DNA of 64,000 nt from Vermamoeba vermiformis (GCA_045837725.1 JBEWZL010000108.1:1-64000); one strand, 5' to 3'. Shown: positions 33,657 to 47,944, counted from the first letter of the stretch. Notes: generated by a model from the sequence alone, not told the origin. Made by a program: numbers and translations.

Positions 33657-36600
33657 ATGTCGCGTATCGCAGTGGTTTGCATTGTTTTGTGCTTGGCACT
33701 TTGGGGCATCCACGCCGCCTCTGTCGCTGTTCCCACCAACCAAACTCCAAACGGTGGTGAAGCTAGCTACGCTGTAGATCTTTACAGACCTGCCACAAGC
33801 TCAACGGGATTTTTGGACATTTCTCCCATCCAACTTGGAAGTGGAAAATCAACTACCGTCGAAATTGAAATTTTCCCTAGATCAAACACTGGTTGCATCC
33901 TCTCAATGGGTGAACCCGGAACTGACAACTTTTTCGCCCTTCAACTCAATGGTGGAAACTTGTTTGTTCGCATTGGTGCTAAGAACTTGCCCAATAGCAT
34001 CGCTCAATCGACTGGTTCTCAGATCCAAGCCAACACTTGGACCACTCTCTCTGTTGTCATCACCAACAATGATGCCTCCAGCGCTTCAGTCACTGCCTAT
34101 GCCAATGGTGTTGTCATTATCAACGGTGCTTCCACTCGTGCCTTGACTGCCAACACTCGTACCAAGGTCCTCATCGGCAGATGCCAATACTCCGCTGGCT
34201 TGGGTGACGGCCAAGGTCCTCAAGACTTCAACGCCATCGTTGACAACTTCAGAGTTTGGGATTTGGCTCGCTCTGTCGCTGATATCCAAGCTTTCGCTAC
34301 CCTCATCTCCACCACCGTCGATTTGGACAACCCCACCGGTTTGATTGTCCACTTCCCCTTCGTTGAGGGTACGTTACTACCACATACATTCATACTATTT
34401 TAATACACATATTAACCTTATTGCCCTTCATTAGGTGTCGGTGCTACTTCGATCGCTTACGCTGGTCAAGTTGCCAACAACTTCTACGTTGCTTCATTCA
34501 ATGATGCCGTCTGGGTTGTTAAGAACGCTGGTAACATCTGGCGTACTTGCCACTCTGTTGGTGATCCTCACATTGCCATCAATGTTCCGGGTCAATCTAC
34601 CGTCTGCTTCGATCCTCCTCACGTTGTCGGTCAATGGCAATTGACTTCTTGCGGTGACAACTTCATCGTCAGAACTTACCACGCACCTGTTCGTGCTTGG
34701 GACTTGGGTGAGGGTTGCGACGTCAACGTTTGCGGTCCTACCATCAACAACGCCTTCACTGTTCGTGCTTTCGACGATATCTTCTATATCAACACTCAAG
34801 GCTACTTCTTCATCAAGAAGCTCTACGATACCACCTTCACTGCTCTCGGCACTGGTGCTGGTGTTCGTGCTTCGGGTACTCGTTACAACCTTCAAAGCGG
34901 CCAGGTCTTTATTGAAGTCCCTACTGCTGGTTACCTCACTGCTGATGTCATCGGTTTGGGCCGTGGTGGTACTTACTCCAACATCTACATCTACCACACT
35001 CAAGCTTGCGAGACTCTTGGTGTCAATGGTCTTTGCGCCCACCAAAACCAACGTGTCACTTGGAACCAATTCTTGTTCTTGGACAACGCTACTCCTTTGC
35101 CCGCCCCTGGTGAGGTTACTCCTCGTGATTTCGATCCTTGCACTACTTTGCCCGCTGCTCTTCAAGCCGTCCTCGTTCCTCAAGCCCAGGCTGCTTGCAG
35201 TGCTACCATCGACAAGACCAAGTTCCCCATTGCCTGGGATGACTGCGTCTTCGACGTCTGCGCTTCTGGTGATATCTCTGTTGCCACCAACATCAACGAC
35301 GACGGTACTTGCCGTTTGGCTGAAATCCTCGCCGCTCAAACTGGTGCCACCGCTCCTTCTTGCACTACCCGTGCTCAATGCCCCAACTCTTGCTCTGGTC
35401 ACGGTGTTTGCGGTGAAACTGGCTGCACTTGTAACTCTGGTTACGTCGGTCCTGACTGCGCTCGTCCCGCTTCATTCCCTTGCTTCAGCGTTCAGAATGG
35501 TCACCAACTCCCTCTTAACCCTTGGGTCTTCCAAACCAGCACTATTGGCACCATCGCCGATACTGACTTCTTCACCTTCTGGAACACTTGGCACACAGAA
35601 GATGGTATTTTGATCTACTTCGCCAGAGTCGAGGCCTCTCAAACTACCTACACTTACAACTTGTTCATCTCCAACGATGCTGCTAACGCTGACGGTGGTT
35701 CTTACACTGTTACCATTGCTAGCAACAACGGAGCTTGGTTCCAATCTGCTGCCGCTCAAGGTGCCGGCGTTGTTCTTTCTGGCGATACCACCACCGCCAC
35801 CGTTTCTTTCACTTGGGATGCCTTCCGCTCCAACGGTATCATCTTCAAGAACGTCGACACTTCTGCTGCTCGTGATTTGACCTTCACTTTTGGTACAACC
35901 ACTGGCATTCGTCAAGTCTCTGTTGGTGCCAACTCTCTTCGCTCTGAGCTCGATGTTTTGTCTGTCAACACTAGCCTTCCCTTCTCCCTCAGTTCTGGCG
36001 TTTGCACTGACGTTTGCGCTAGCATCACTGATTGTGAGGCTTGCGCTGCTGTTGCAGCTTGCGGTTGGTGCAGATCCAACGGTCAATGCTTCTTGGGTGG
36101 TCCTTCTGGCCCTAGATCCGCTACCTGCAGCGACTGGAAGTTCAGCACTGACGCGAACTGGTTGCTCGTCGCTTGACTGCTAGCTTCGGCTACCCTGTCA
36201 ACCCCGACACCAACACCGCTTACTTGCCCGTCTCCGCTCAAAACGATTTGGACGTCGACTTGTTCGTCTCCATGGGCAACAAGGAAACCATCAAGTGGGA
36301 TATGGCTTTGGTTTTGGGTGCTTCTGGCCTCACCAACGCTGACGACAGAACCAACTGGCTCGTCGACTTCGGTAGCTTGACCAACGTCTTCCGTTTGTTC
36401 CCTAACTTGGGCTTCTCTTTGGGCACCTACGCTTCTGTTTCCACCAACAAGTTCACTCTCATCTCTGCTCTTGTTGATGCTGCTAGCGTTACTTCCGACG
36501 TTCTCCGTTCTTGGGTCTACGGTATCCAATTGTCCCCTGGCAACAACGACGCCGCTACCTCAGCTTTGGCCACTTTGACCAACCCCTCTTTTGGTCTCAA

Positions 36601-39436
36601 CTGGAGAACCAACACTCGTCGTATGATTGCCATCTACGTCGATCAAGCCCCCGTCTTTGGTACTGATTCTACTCCCACCTCTGACGAGTTGCGTCAAACT
36701 TTGCTCAACTTCCGCGTCTTGCCTGTCTTCTTGGCTACTTCTAACGTTCAAGCTGCTTGGCAATCTGTTGTTGATACCACTTTGGGCTTCGGTCTCGTTA
36801 TCCCCGTCCAAGCCGACAGCGGTGATTTGTCCTTTGCCATCACCAAGGCTATCAACTTGGCCACTTCCCAAATCTCTTTGATCACCGATCTTACCTCTCA
36901 AGGTCACGTTGTTGGCCGCTTCGGTCAAAGTGTTACCGGCCTTGCCTCCAACATGCGTGCTCGCTTCAGCGTTCCTTTCAGAGCCGAATCAGCTGATGCT
37001 TTGACCACCAAGTTGATCGCCCCTGGCTTCGGTGCTGCCACTGTCACTAACGTCTTGAACGACTCTCCTCTCGCCACCATCAAGAACATCAAGCTCACTG
37101 AAGACAACTTTGACAATGACTACAAGTTCAACGGTACCGTCTTCCGCTTGGCTGGTCTTGCCTCCAACGGTGTTGATCCTATTTTGGCTCAAGTTGTGTC
37201 CGCTCCTACCGTCGGTGGTCTCTACCAATTCGACATCAATGGCACTAAGCCTGCCAACCTCATCTCCACTGCTTCTGGTGCCGTCTACGTCAGCGATCCT
37301 CAAGGTCGTGTTATCTACCTTGCTCCTCCTGATGCTTCTGACATTGGTGACAACGCCTTCGATCACTTCACTTACCGTGTTCGTGACGCCTGTGCTCCTT
37401 CCGCCGATGTTGTTGTCCGTGTTGACGTTATTGGTGTCAATGACAGACCGTGGACTCAAATGCCCGCCCCTATTGGTGATGAAGATGTCCCTGTTGTCCT
37501 GACCTTCAAATACTTTGACCGTGAAAATGATAGTGCTCAAGCCTACATCTCCGCTCTCCCCTACGACGTTTTGACCTCCGGCGCTCAAGTTCCTCGCGGC
37601 AAGTTGTACCAATACTCCACTGCCGTCGCTGCTGGTGACCTCACCAACGCCGTTGAAATCCAAGTTGGCGACGCAGTTACTGGCAACCAAGCTGTCTACA
37701 TTCCTTGGGCTAACGCCAACACCGAGCACAAGCCTGAAGTTTTGTTCACTCAACCCTACTTCACTTACTACGTCAAGGAGACTACTTGCTGCAAAGATAA
37801 CTCTTGCAACCAACAGACTTGCACTTTGTTGACCTCATGGCCCGAGACTGTCCAAATCTACCTCCGCGCTGTCAATGACGCCCCTGTCATCATCAAGGAC
37901 TCCGATTTGGCCAACTACAACTTCACTGCTACTCCTTGCTTCTCTGACTGCACTTTCTTGGAAGACAATGGTGCCAGATACCCCGACCTTGCTCAACCCG
38001 TTCAAGTTTGGTTGGGTGGTGGTGATATCGAACTCGATCAATTGACGGCCACCATCACTGCCTTGGAGTTGCCCGCTGCTGCTTCTTTGACTGACTTGTC
38101 TGGCAACAAGATTGCCGTCGGCTCCGCCATTGGTCCCTTCTCTGCCGGCTCTCTTAAGTTCGACGGTACCAACTGGTTCCCTGTTGGCACTTTGTTCCCT
38201 GCTCTCCGCTTCACTCCTGGTCTCGATGAGAACAATAACGCTAACGGCTACTACGCCAAGATCACCTACAAGGTTAACGACGGTGATAAGGACTCTGTTG
38301 ACACTAAGACCATCACCATCCGCATCACCCCAGTGAACGACTTGCCTCGCTCTACCATCGTCACTACCTACACTGGTCCTATCCCCACTAACCAACCTGG
38401 TGTTTTGGTTGTTCCTCACGTCATCACCTTGATGAACACTCCTGCCAACTTCTCCATCGTTGGTACTGACCCCGAGAAGGACCCCGTTACTCCTATCCTC
38501 AACTCTTGCATCGCCAAGGGTGGTAAGATTGAGTACCTCAACGGAAACACTTGGCAATTGGTCAACTGCTCTCTCTCTGCTACTTTGCCCACCAAGCCTT
38601 CTGGTTCTACTTGGTTGTTCCGTTACACTCCTCCTCGCGATGTTGCCGCTGATTCCCTCCAAGTTGTCACCTACCAACTCTCCGACGGTAGCGGTGACAA
38701 CAAGCCTGGCATTGATGACTGGACCGTCACCATCGATGTTATCGCTGTCAACCAAGCTCCTACTTTGGTTTTGGACACCAACGCTCCTTCTTCCAACATC
38801 GCTCTTGCCACCAACCTCGGTGTTGGCTTGCCTTTGAACTACAACTTGACTCTCTTCGACCCTGATGTTGAGTCCGGCACTATGCTCTTCACTGCCACCC
38901 TTGTCTGCTTGGAATCTAACCAACAGAACTGCGTTGGCAAGATCGTCGTCAACGACATTGGTCAAGGTCAATTCGTCACCAACACTCCCAACAAGATCGT
39001 CGTTAAGGGCATGATCTTCGATATCCAGGTCGTCCTCCAATCCTTCAACTTCATCAGCTTCAAGACCGGCAAGTACAACTTGACCGTCACCATCAACGAC
39101 AATGGTAACTTGGGTGTCTGCCCCCTCACCCCTGGTTCCAACACCATCGTTCGTTACTGCCCTCGTGAGGCCGTTTTGACTAGCGCCCTCACCGTTGACA
39201 ATGGTACCTCCATCAACACCATCGTCATTGCCTCCGTCGCTGGTGCTGCCGCTGCTGCTGGTATTGCTCTTGCTGCTGGCTTTGCTTCTCGCTTGAACAA
39301 GAAGGCCCAATCTGCTCAGTACACTCCTTGGGAGATCAATGATATGGATCGTGGAATTAGCAACCCTCTCCACGAGTCGCCTACCGTTGAGATGAGCAAT
39401 CCTTTGCACGAAGGCCCTGAAGCCGTCAACGAATAA
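33657..39436 (+). CDS. Sib-like (similar to integrin beta) adhesion protein with a 1-nt frameshift near 36150-36170
   Basis: Signal peptide, LamG-like domain, VWD-like (GDPH), EGF, PSI, integrin-beta VWA-like region (LNWRTNTRRMI), VNDxP cadherin-like repeats, Ala/Gly-rich TM and two NPLH tail motifs. One intron at 34370-34434. About 1,900 aa. Confidence 0.82.
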
Positions 39437-39676
39437 ACACCGCCCTTGGATACTAATTAAGGGTATTCATTATAAACCCTCTTGTATTACTATTAACAAT
39501 TTTGCTTCGCTACTTTTTGGAGTTAGGTTAGCGATAAAAATAAAACAACGAATTCAAATAACAAAATTGTTTCTTTATGTTCGGCGATTAGCAGTAATCA
39601 CAAACGTGCATGGTGATTTTTGCCTGTCTGAACTCGGTCCCGACACATGGTTTAACTCTTTCTCTGCCTTGATTAC

Positions 39677-41165
39677 TTATGTGAGAAGGACTTCAAGGTA
39701 CAATTCTCCGGAAGCACCAACAACGGCGACTGTATTACTAATGGGGTAATTGTCAACTAGCTCGAGGTTTTGGACGATCATGTGCTCGCTAACCAATCGC
39801 TCGGTACGTTGGAGAGATGCTTCATGATCCACGGCATCACCGAGTGTATCAAGGTGCTGATATTCCGACCTCATCACGAGCACCTTGCTGCCAGATCTGA
39901 GTGTGCCAGAGAAGACACGACCATAAGCGTAGTAACTTTTGCTGTCTTCAGCTGCAATTAGCTTGGTGACGAACATTATCGCAGGACCGCGAGGATTGCA
40001 ATCGCGAATAGCCACGCTAACTTCATCATCCACAGGACCAGTGTAGAGCACTCCAGCGCGGTACCGTTGAGCTACTCGCGGGCTAGGCAGACGAGTGACG
40101 ATCATCTCCGACAGAGTGTCAGCAGCGAAGAGGAACTTTTGCATGACACAAGACAGCAGGTCCTTGCGCGTGTACTCTTTCTCCTGGCTAGATAGCTCTA
40201 TGTGCAGTTTGGTGAGGACATTCTCGAGCTCGGCAGTGTTGTTTCCACTGATTGAGTTGAAGATCTGATAGACCGGCCCCAAAATTGCCTTGCAGAAGAA
40301 TCGTTCGAGTGGCTTGCCTGATTGCGAAAACGGTCTGTGAGTGAAGCGCTTAGCCTCAACGTCGTAGAAGTGATCTCCCCAAAGTCTGGTCAAGATCTTC
40401 TCCGGATCGATGTTGCTCATCTTGGCGTACATTCGAGCGATCTGAGGAAGAGTGAACGCCCAGCCTTGTTTGCCCGAGCCAAAAGATACGTTGCCTTTGC
40501 GTGGATCTAGTTCGAACGAACTTGCCAAGGTCTCATCTTCGCACGTCGAGTGAATGATCGTGTTCACAGTTTGAATGTTCCTATCGAGCATATGATACAA
40601 CTCTTCTGGCAAAAGTTGCAACTCGGTGATACATCTGTCGACCTTGTTGACGTGCAGGACTGGTCGGATCCGCTGAGTGACGGCTTTGCGAATAACAGTA
40701 TCGTGCACCCACACTCCTTCGATACAATCTACGACTAGTAGCGCACCGTCAGTAACTTGAAGTGCATTAGTAACTTCGGAACTAAAATCGACGTGGCCAG
40801 GGCAATTGACCATGTTGACCAAATAGCGTTCTTTTGCGTGCTCAAAAAGAAGGGGAGCTACAATTGAGCTACTAGTGACCTTCTCATCTCCCCTAGTGTC
40901 CACATTTCGGTTTTTGCCAATATCTTCTCGTCTAATAAGGCCTGACGAGATTTGGTAATTAAATGTCAATAAAAAGAAAAAATAATTAATCAATTTTGTT
41001 ACCTGCTCCAGCGAGGAGGGAATCAATCAGAGTAGTTTTTCCATGATCTACGTGTGCGATGACCGAAATATTTCGGATTTTATCTGGCTCGTGCGTGAGC
41101 ATTTCGCACTGTTGCACAGATTTGTTTGTTGGGTCCACAGTATTATCGATTGTTGAATGCTCCAT
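39677..41165 (-). CDS. Truncated, divergent elongation factor 2 (eEF2) paralog
   Basis: [47 protein letters not shown] and YGRVFSGT are present. One intron at ~40942-41001. The frame ends in domain II; the 3' end is uncertain. Confidence 0.85.
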
Positions 41166-41468
41166 AGGCTTGTTGAATGAATAAATTAATTGTTGAAGTT
41201 AATGGTAGTTGATGCAGGCGGTAAGAGGAAGAGTAAGAGTCGGATTCACCACCGGCTTCTTCCATGTATCTCTTCTATATAACTCTTTTAAATAGCTGTG
41301 CGAAGGGGCGTAAACGCTTAGCAAATGTGTTGTTGATCAATCAAAACAGACAATAATGGGGACTGGCATTTGGTAACATAAACTTTCAAAAATGTATCTG
41401 AAGGCCACACTTGCCGTACTTTTATCCGTTTTAATAGATTCGTGGTTAGCGAGCACAGCGAACGATAG

Positions 41469-43051
41469 ATGGACGAGCTTCGTCTGGTCTGTTTGGTTGG
41501 TGATCGGTTTTATCGAGACACTAATTAATCGAGAATCCAGCGTACGTTAAATTAAATAATTTAACAAATTCTGATTCCCTCTCAACACTCATATGCTAAT
41601 AGTCCTTTGGCAAAAATAATTAATTTAATTTTCAGTTTTCCACCGTTTTGTTGCTCATCTCCTCGGCAGCTTCTTCATTTTCTTATTATAAATTAAATGA
41701 TATTACGACTGCATTTTTGGCCGGAATATTAAGCTGCATTTGCGTCGTGGCACTGCTAAGGCAAACAAAAACCACAAAATCAAAATCAAAGTGGCGCGTT
41801 GTCTATTTATTATTAGTATTATCATCTACTTATCAGGTACGTTGTATTGATGGATCATCATATATAAAGCTTATTTTAAATTTTTAAAGGCGTTCGGACA
41901 TTTACACGACTCGATCCGTTTCCCAGCTCCAGGTGAATCGATTCAAGCAAATAATGCAACACATCATTTGCACTGTCGCGGTCCCAATGACTCGAAGCAC
42001 ATTGCAGTCGCTCTAGCAGGTCTGCCTTGGTCCTCGATCGGGTTCCGCGACTCGCTCGCCAATCCTCCAATGACCGTCTGTACGCACGATCGACCCGGCT
42101 ATGGCTGGAGCTCGCACTCTACGGACCAATCGCGCGACACGTAAGTGCGATACTACGTCACATTCAGCTCAACTCTGATTGAAAACCAGTCTGACGCACG
42201 TGAGAGAGCTTCGTGAGGTCTTACTGCAAAAGAACTTCACGGAGCCGATCACATTGATTGGATGGAGTTACGGAGGATCAATAGGTACGTGGTCGTGAGC
42301 CTTGTTATGGTTAAGTCATTGGCCTTAATATACATCTATTTTGCAGCGCTGTTGTATCATGCAATGTACCCCGAGCACGTGAAAGCGTTAGTGCTGTTCG
42401 AGTCAACAGACGAGTAAGTAGCACAGGCTGTAAGAGCGAGCAAAGCCGTTGTTAACATCCGTGCTAGCTTGATGATGCAAGACAAGCACTTCGTTGAGAC
42501 ATTGGAGCTCGGAATTATGGCCTCGAACATCTATCGCATGGTGCTGCCGCTGGGACTCACGAGAATTTTCAAAGACTTCATTCCACTCGATTGTACGTTG
42601 GTTACACTCCCATATGCGCGTGATAGATTGAATTACTAACGCGTTTTAATTAGTTGGTGCATCAGTGCCTGAAATGACCGCTGAAACTTTTGCAATGAAT
42701 CAAGCGCAGTTACTGACTGAAAAATTCGCTAATGCCGCGCACTATGAACTACGCTCGTTCAATCAAGTAAGTATTGTCGCTATTGTAGTACGTGCTATAC
42801 TAATCCTGGGTTAGTCCGTTCAACAACTCATCGCGCACATGAACTGGAACAAGCTGAAGCACGTGCCAGTCCACGTGATCATTTCTCCGAGCAGAGAAAA
42901 GCACGCGCACGGCATTGATTTTGATCGCAGATTGGAAAAGAATGGCGCGGTGGTGCATGTGAGCAACAGTGATCATTGGGGACCTGCTCGTGGCACAGAT
43001 GATATTAACAAAGTATTGGCCTTGTTGGTGAAGAGTTTTGAAGGACATTAA
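41469..43051 (+). CDS. Alpha/beta hydrolase with N-terminal TM segments (multi-exon)
   Basis: DRPGYGWS, nucleophile elbow GWSYGG, YPEHVKALVLFE and C-terminal SNSDHW. Start codon tentative. Confidence 0.8.
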
Positions 43052-43438
43052 AGTCTCGCGAGTACAATTCGTAAGTAAAATACGGATCCTATTATTTTTT
43101 ATTAGGGACGCGTTAAAAACTCGTTCTATTTATCTGAAGGTAGCATACTTACTTCTCTTTTTATAGTACACGCATTAGATCTGCCGATATCGTCTGTTGG
43201 ATCGGCTAACACATAACTAATTTTAACCTTGGAAAATCCGTTGTGCATTATGCAATCATCCATATCTATAAAATGTAAGAGCAATTGCTTTCGATGCGCT
43301 CTTACTGAGATGAAAATTCTGAATTTTTTTTATTATTTTACGAGATCTACCGAGCTAACATTCGACTTTTCGCATTTCTTTTTTTAATTGTTCAATCTAT
43401 TCGTCATCTCGGCGTTGCATAATCAGCAGATAAAACAA

Positions 43439-45667
43439 ATGGAAAAGCACCCTTTAATAGGTGGGGAGACCTCAATAGTCGATCCATCCAAGAGCCCGCC
43501 AAGGCCTAGAACAGCTCCCGCACCGTTGACGTTCAAGCAAAAATTCGTAAGTTTCATATATATTCTAAATGATATTAGATACGATATTGTTGGCGAAGTG
43601 CATTTTCTAAGTTTTTTGTACAGATCTACGGCATTGCTGAAACAGGAGTATGTGCCGTTAGTAATATGGTTGGATTCTTTTTGAGCACTTTTCTGCTCGA
43701 GGTAGCGGGAGTTGAGCCCTATTTAGTAAGTTATATTATTGCATTTAAAAGCATACGTAGTTCAAATATAATCTCGCGATCTGCTCTCAGTTTGATTGCT
43801 AACCTTGTGTTTGTATATTAGGCTGGAAATATTATGCTTGTAGGCCACGTATTTGACGCTTTTGCACATCCTATAATTGGCAAGATAAGTGATAATACTA
43901 GAACACGGTGGGGACGGCGGCGAGTACGTACAAGATCCAGAACTGAAAATTAAACCTTAATTTATTTATTTATGACGTTGTATTAATATATTTGTATTAT
44001 TATAGCCCTGGATTATGTTAGGAGCAATTCCTTATTCGATCGGATACTTCGCGTTGTGGCAGGTTTTGGACACGAAAAATCAAGCTGTATTGTTCATGTA
44101 TTATTTTGGCATATTAATTTCATTAAGCGTCTTCGGTAACTATAGCACCATATTAATATTATTCAATATCGATTATTAACAACTTATCTCAGGTACATTC
44201 ATTGACGTGCCCTTCACTGCAATGACCCCCGAACTGGCCACAACATACGACGAAGCGACGGAGCTGACGACCTATCGCCAAATGGGCTGTTTGACGTGGA
44301 ATATTGTCACGACATTCACGCACACTGTCGTCATTCAGCAGTTCAAAAGCGAGGCGGATCCGACCGTTATTGATTACAGGAAAGGTACGACGCATAATAC
44401 CTATTCATTAATATTATGATCACAATGCATAGTCGAAAGGCATCGATATCAACGGTTATTTAATTATAGTACGAAATTTCGAATGTTCAGCTTCTGTGAT
44501 CTACCAGATGCCCTTTGGACATCTCAACAACACTAACGTTACTATTTTATTATACTAGGATACTTTTATAGTGGCATAGTTATTGCCTTGGCTATATTGC
44601 CTCAACCAATCATCTTCGCTGCTTGCATTAAAGAAAAACCGCTTGTCGAATCCGCACCAGTTGCCGTAGAAACCTCTCCGTTATTACGACGAGCATGGAA
44701 TGGTACTGTATCCGTAGTGTCTATTTTTAAGAACCGCGCATTCTTTATGGCAATGATGGTCTATTTCTTGTGCTGGATCTCGGTCATGTTCTTGCAGAAC
44801 AATTTGTTACTTTACATGAAATACACGCTCAATCTTGAGTCTTATTTATTTCAATGGTTCATAGTCGTTATGCAAGTAAGTCCAATTAATTCCATTATAC
44901 CTTAAACCAGATCCGCTCGAAACTCCGATCGGGATCTGTTTGCTATAATTATTATTTTGTTACTTATGAGTTAATATAGGGAGTTGGAGCGTTATCTACA
45001 ATCATGTGGGCACAAATAAGCGCTAAAATAGGCAAGCAGAAGACGTACTACATTGGTGCCATCGTGTTCATGTTGACACTTTTGAGCACGTGGTTTTTGC
45101 CCGAAGCACCGCACATTGCGTTCCTTTACGTCGTAGCAGCTCTATGCGGCCTAGGTTACGGCATTGGTAAGCGTTGGTATACTATTTCCTTTTAAGGAAA
45201 TGTTACTTACCTCCGTCTTTGCAGCTGTATTGATTCCGTGGTCGTTTTTGCCCGATATAATTGGACAAGATGAATTGGAAACTGGATTGAAACGCGAAGG
45301 TGTATTTTATGCGATTTTTGTTTTGTTTCAACGAGGAGGGCTTGCCATGGTAAAAACAATATGAAATCCTTAATAGTATCGTTCGTACTGACCGAATTCT
45401 TTTTGGTTATGATAGTCGGTGGCAGTCTCGTCGTATATATTAGGCTTTGCGGGCTATATTAATCCAGAATACGGAAGCGGCAAGATTGAAAGTCAGCCCG
45501 CGACAGTCGAGACCGCACTCAAGATCTTGGTCGGACCTATTCCTGCTGCATTGCTATTATTGAGCTTCATATTTGTGGCGTTTTATCCACTGTCTAAAGC
45601 CAAAGTCGAGGAGATCCATCAATTATTAGCGGAGAAACGGGATAAAGAACAGGAGCAGCAACAATAA
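43439..45667 (+). CDS. MFS transporter, GPH/MFSD2 (MelB-like) family
   Basis: HPIIGKISDNTRTRWGRRR, VPFTAMTPEL, IPWSFLPDII..DELETG.KREGVFY and YPL motifs across the exons. Confidence 0.9.
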
Positions 45668-45774
45668 ATCTCGAGCAAAGATGAATCAGATCCGGATCTT
45701 GTACTAGTAATTAATTTCATAAAACGTCATTACTGTAAGTAGGAAGACTTAATTTATTTTAAAACGATCAATTA

Positions 45775-47649
45775 TTAATAATCCGAGCAATTATACAAAT
45801 AAGGCAAATTCAACTTACACTTGTGTTGCTGGTGATGATTGAACAAATAGCCGCTCGCCAATCGCAACACTTGCAAATTAGTCAAGCACTGTAATTGAGT
45901 CTCATCGAAACTTGCAGCTTGCTTTCCAACGACTGCAAGCTGTTTTAATTTCGGCAATTTCTTCAAAATGTCGACGCTCTTCTCGTTGATATGAAACATC
46001 TCTAATGCCTCTAAATTCGTCATGTGCGATATCGCTTGCCATAGAGCACCTTTACTTAGTTTGTTTCTATTTCGATCAGCTCTCAGAACCAAAATTTTCA
46101 GATTCGTCAAGCGATCCAATGCTTCGAAGTCGTACGTGGTGTTACGATCAAATTCCACGTGTAATTCTGTCAACTTGGTATGCATCGCAATTGCTTGAAG
46201 CATTTCATTGCCTATTGTAGGCAAAGACAAGGATTCTAGCTGCGAGAATAAAACTAACCTCGATACGCGATCTAATTCTGTCTGTTCTGGGTTGTGATAA
46301 TAACGAATAGCCAAGTGCTCTAAATTCGGTAATACCTTTGCAGGTATTATATCCAGTGCTGTCAAACTTTTCACGTTGCGGAGTTCAACCGAACAATTCG
46401 GATCGACATCCACCGCTGAAAATACGCGGATAATTTCCAAGCTTGTCAGATGAGATATAAATTCCATTTTCTGTATAGCTGGAACACTTATCGTCTTCAG
46501 TTTCGATGAATTAACGAACTCTAAAAACTTTCCTGTCAGTCCGCTTGCTGTTTTTTCATAAACCGACAGAGTTCGTAGATCCGTCATTTTGCTTAAAAAA
46601 TTAAATTGATCTTCTTTAAGAGCTGTCCTCAAACTTAAGTCTCTTAGGTTATGTAATGCAGCCAATTGCTGGTAGTCGTGATTCATTGCTGAGATTGGCG
46701 GTGGTTGTTGTCTTTTTGTTCCACGAACTTCAATACTGAGCCAAGTTAACTTTGTGCAAGTTGAAAAATCGTCAAATCTGTCGCACGAGATTCTTAGTGA
46801 TTCCAAATTTGGTAATTTGCTGAACGGGAACAAAACATCGCGACATTCCATTGACACTTTTGACAAGTTTGACATCTTCGCTACCGATTCCTCGTCAAAA
46901 GTAATGACACCTTCGTCGTCGTGGATGGTGAGTTCTTTCAATGCGGAATAATTTCCAAATTTGGAAACAACATTAAAGTCGCTCTTCATGCAGTAGGGGA
47001 CGTAAAAAGCAAATTCTTTCAGGTTTGTCAAGTGCTGCAGGTCGTCCAAATGTTTCCACTCCAGATTATAATCAATTTCTATTACTAATTTTGTTAACGC
47101 TTCAAAATGCTGCAAGTGGGGTAGAATATTGCAGCGACCAAATGCAAAGTGTTGCAACTTTGTCAGAGCTGTAAAGTGACGCAGATCAAGTTCAACTTTC
47201 ATGAATGGTAGGTGTTTCGATGGTTCAACTTCTAGTTTCGTCAAATTGGTCAATAATGCTAGACTAGTGAAACTACTATCAATTGATATTGTTTTTTCAA
47301 AGCGTAATCCTATTGGCTTGGAATAGCGGCTAAAAGTTTGGATGAGATCCGGAAGCGTTGTTGGTCTTGCAAAATAAATTGTGAATTCATCGTTGTTAAT
47401 TATATAGAACCATTCAGTGCTCGTTGAACGCATCATTCGTCTCGATCTCTCATCAAGATGCGACACAATAATATTTTTTATTTCCAGAGGAAGGCTGGAA
47501 AAATTAGCATCGTCCTAAATTAATTATAATTAGCATTGTTGTATTTGTTCTACAAATATGCAAGTATATTGGTCACAGTGGCCTCACCGAAACATGTTTA
47601 TCAGATCTGTCCACGTGAGGTTAATTTAATTGCAACGATATCTTACCAT
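45775..47649 (-). CDS. F-box/leucine-rich-repeat protein, paralog 1
   Basis: FSSLPLEIKNIIVSHL F-box-like start, then LxxLTNLxxL repeats. Probable ATG-only first exon at 47647-47649. Confidence 0.82.
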
Positions 47650-47944
47650 GCTTGAAAGTAAAAAGTCCTAAAATAAATGCTGGCTAGTATTGTGGTAGAT
47701 TGACTCGAGATATTATAGGTGTGACGTGATCCCATTTTTTTCCTGCTCGTGAAAAGTGCACAAACGACGGCTAGTGTCTCAATTATTGACGAATCAACGA
47801 CAGCTATCAATACTTCGCTTCATATTCTAGTTTTGGGCCGTATTACGTGGCTCAGTAAAGACTCGAAACGAGCAAATGACAGCTGTCTGAAACTCAATTA
47901 CTTTTACAACGAACAAGACAACACAACTCAAGCTACCAGAGGAA

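Noticed and set aside
37835-39409. 524-aa antisense ORF (and others at 34494-37813 and 20610-22318)
   Set aside because: Antisense shadows of strongly codon-biased sense genes.
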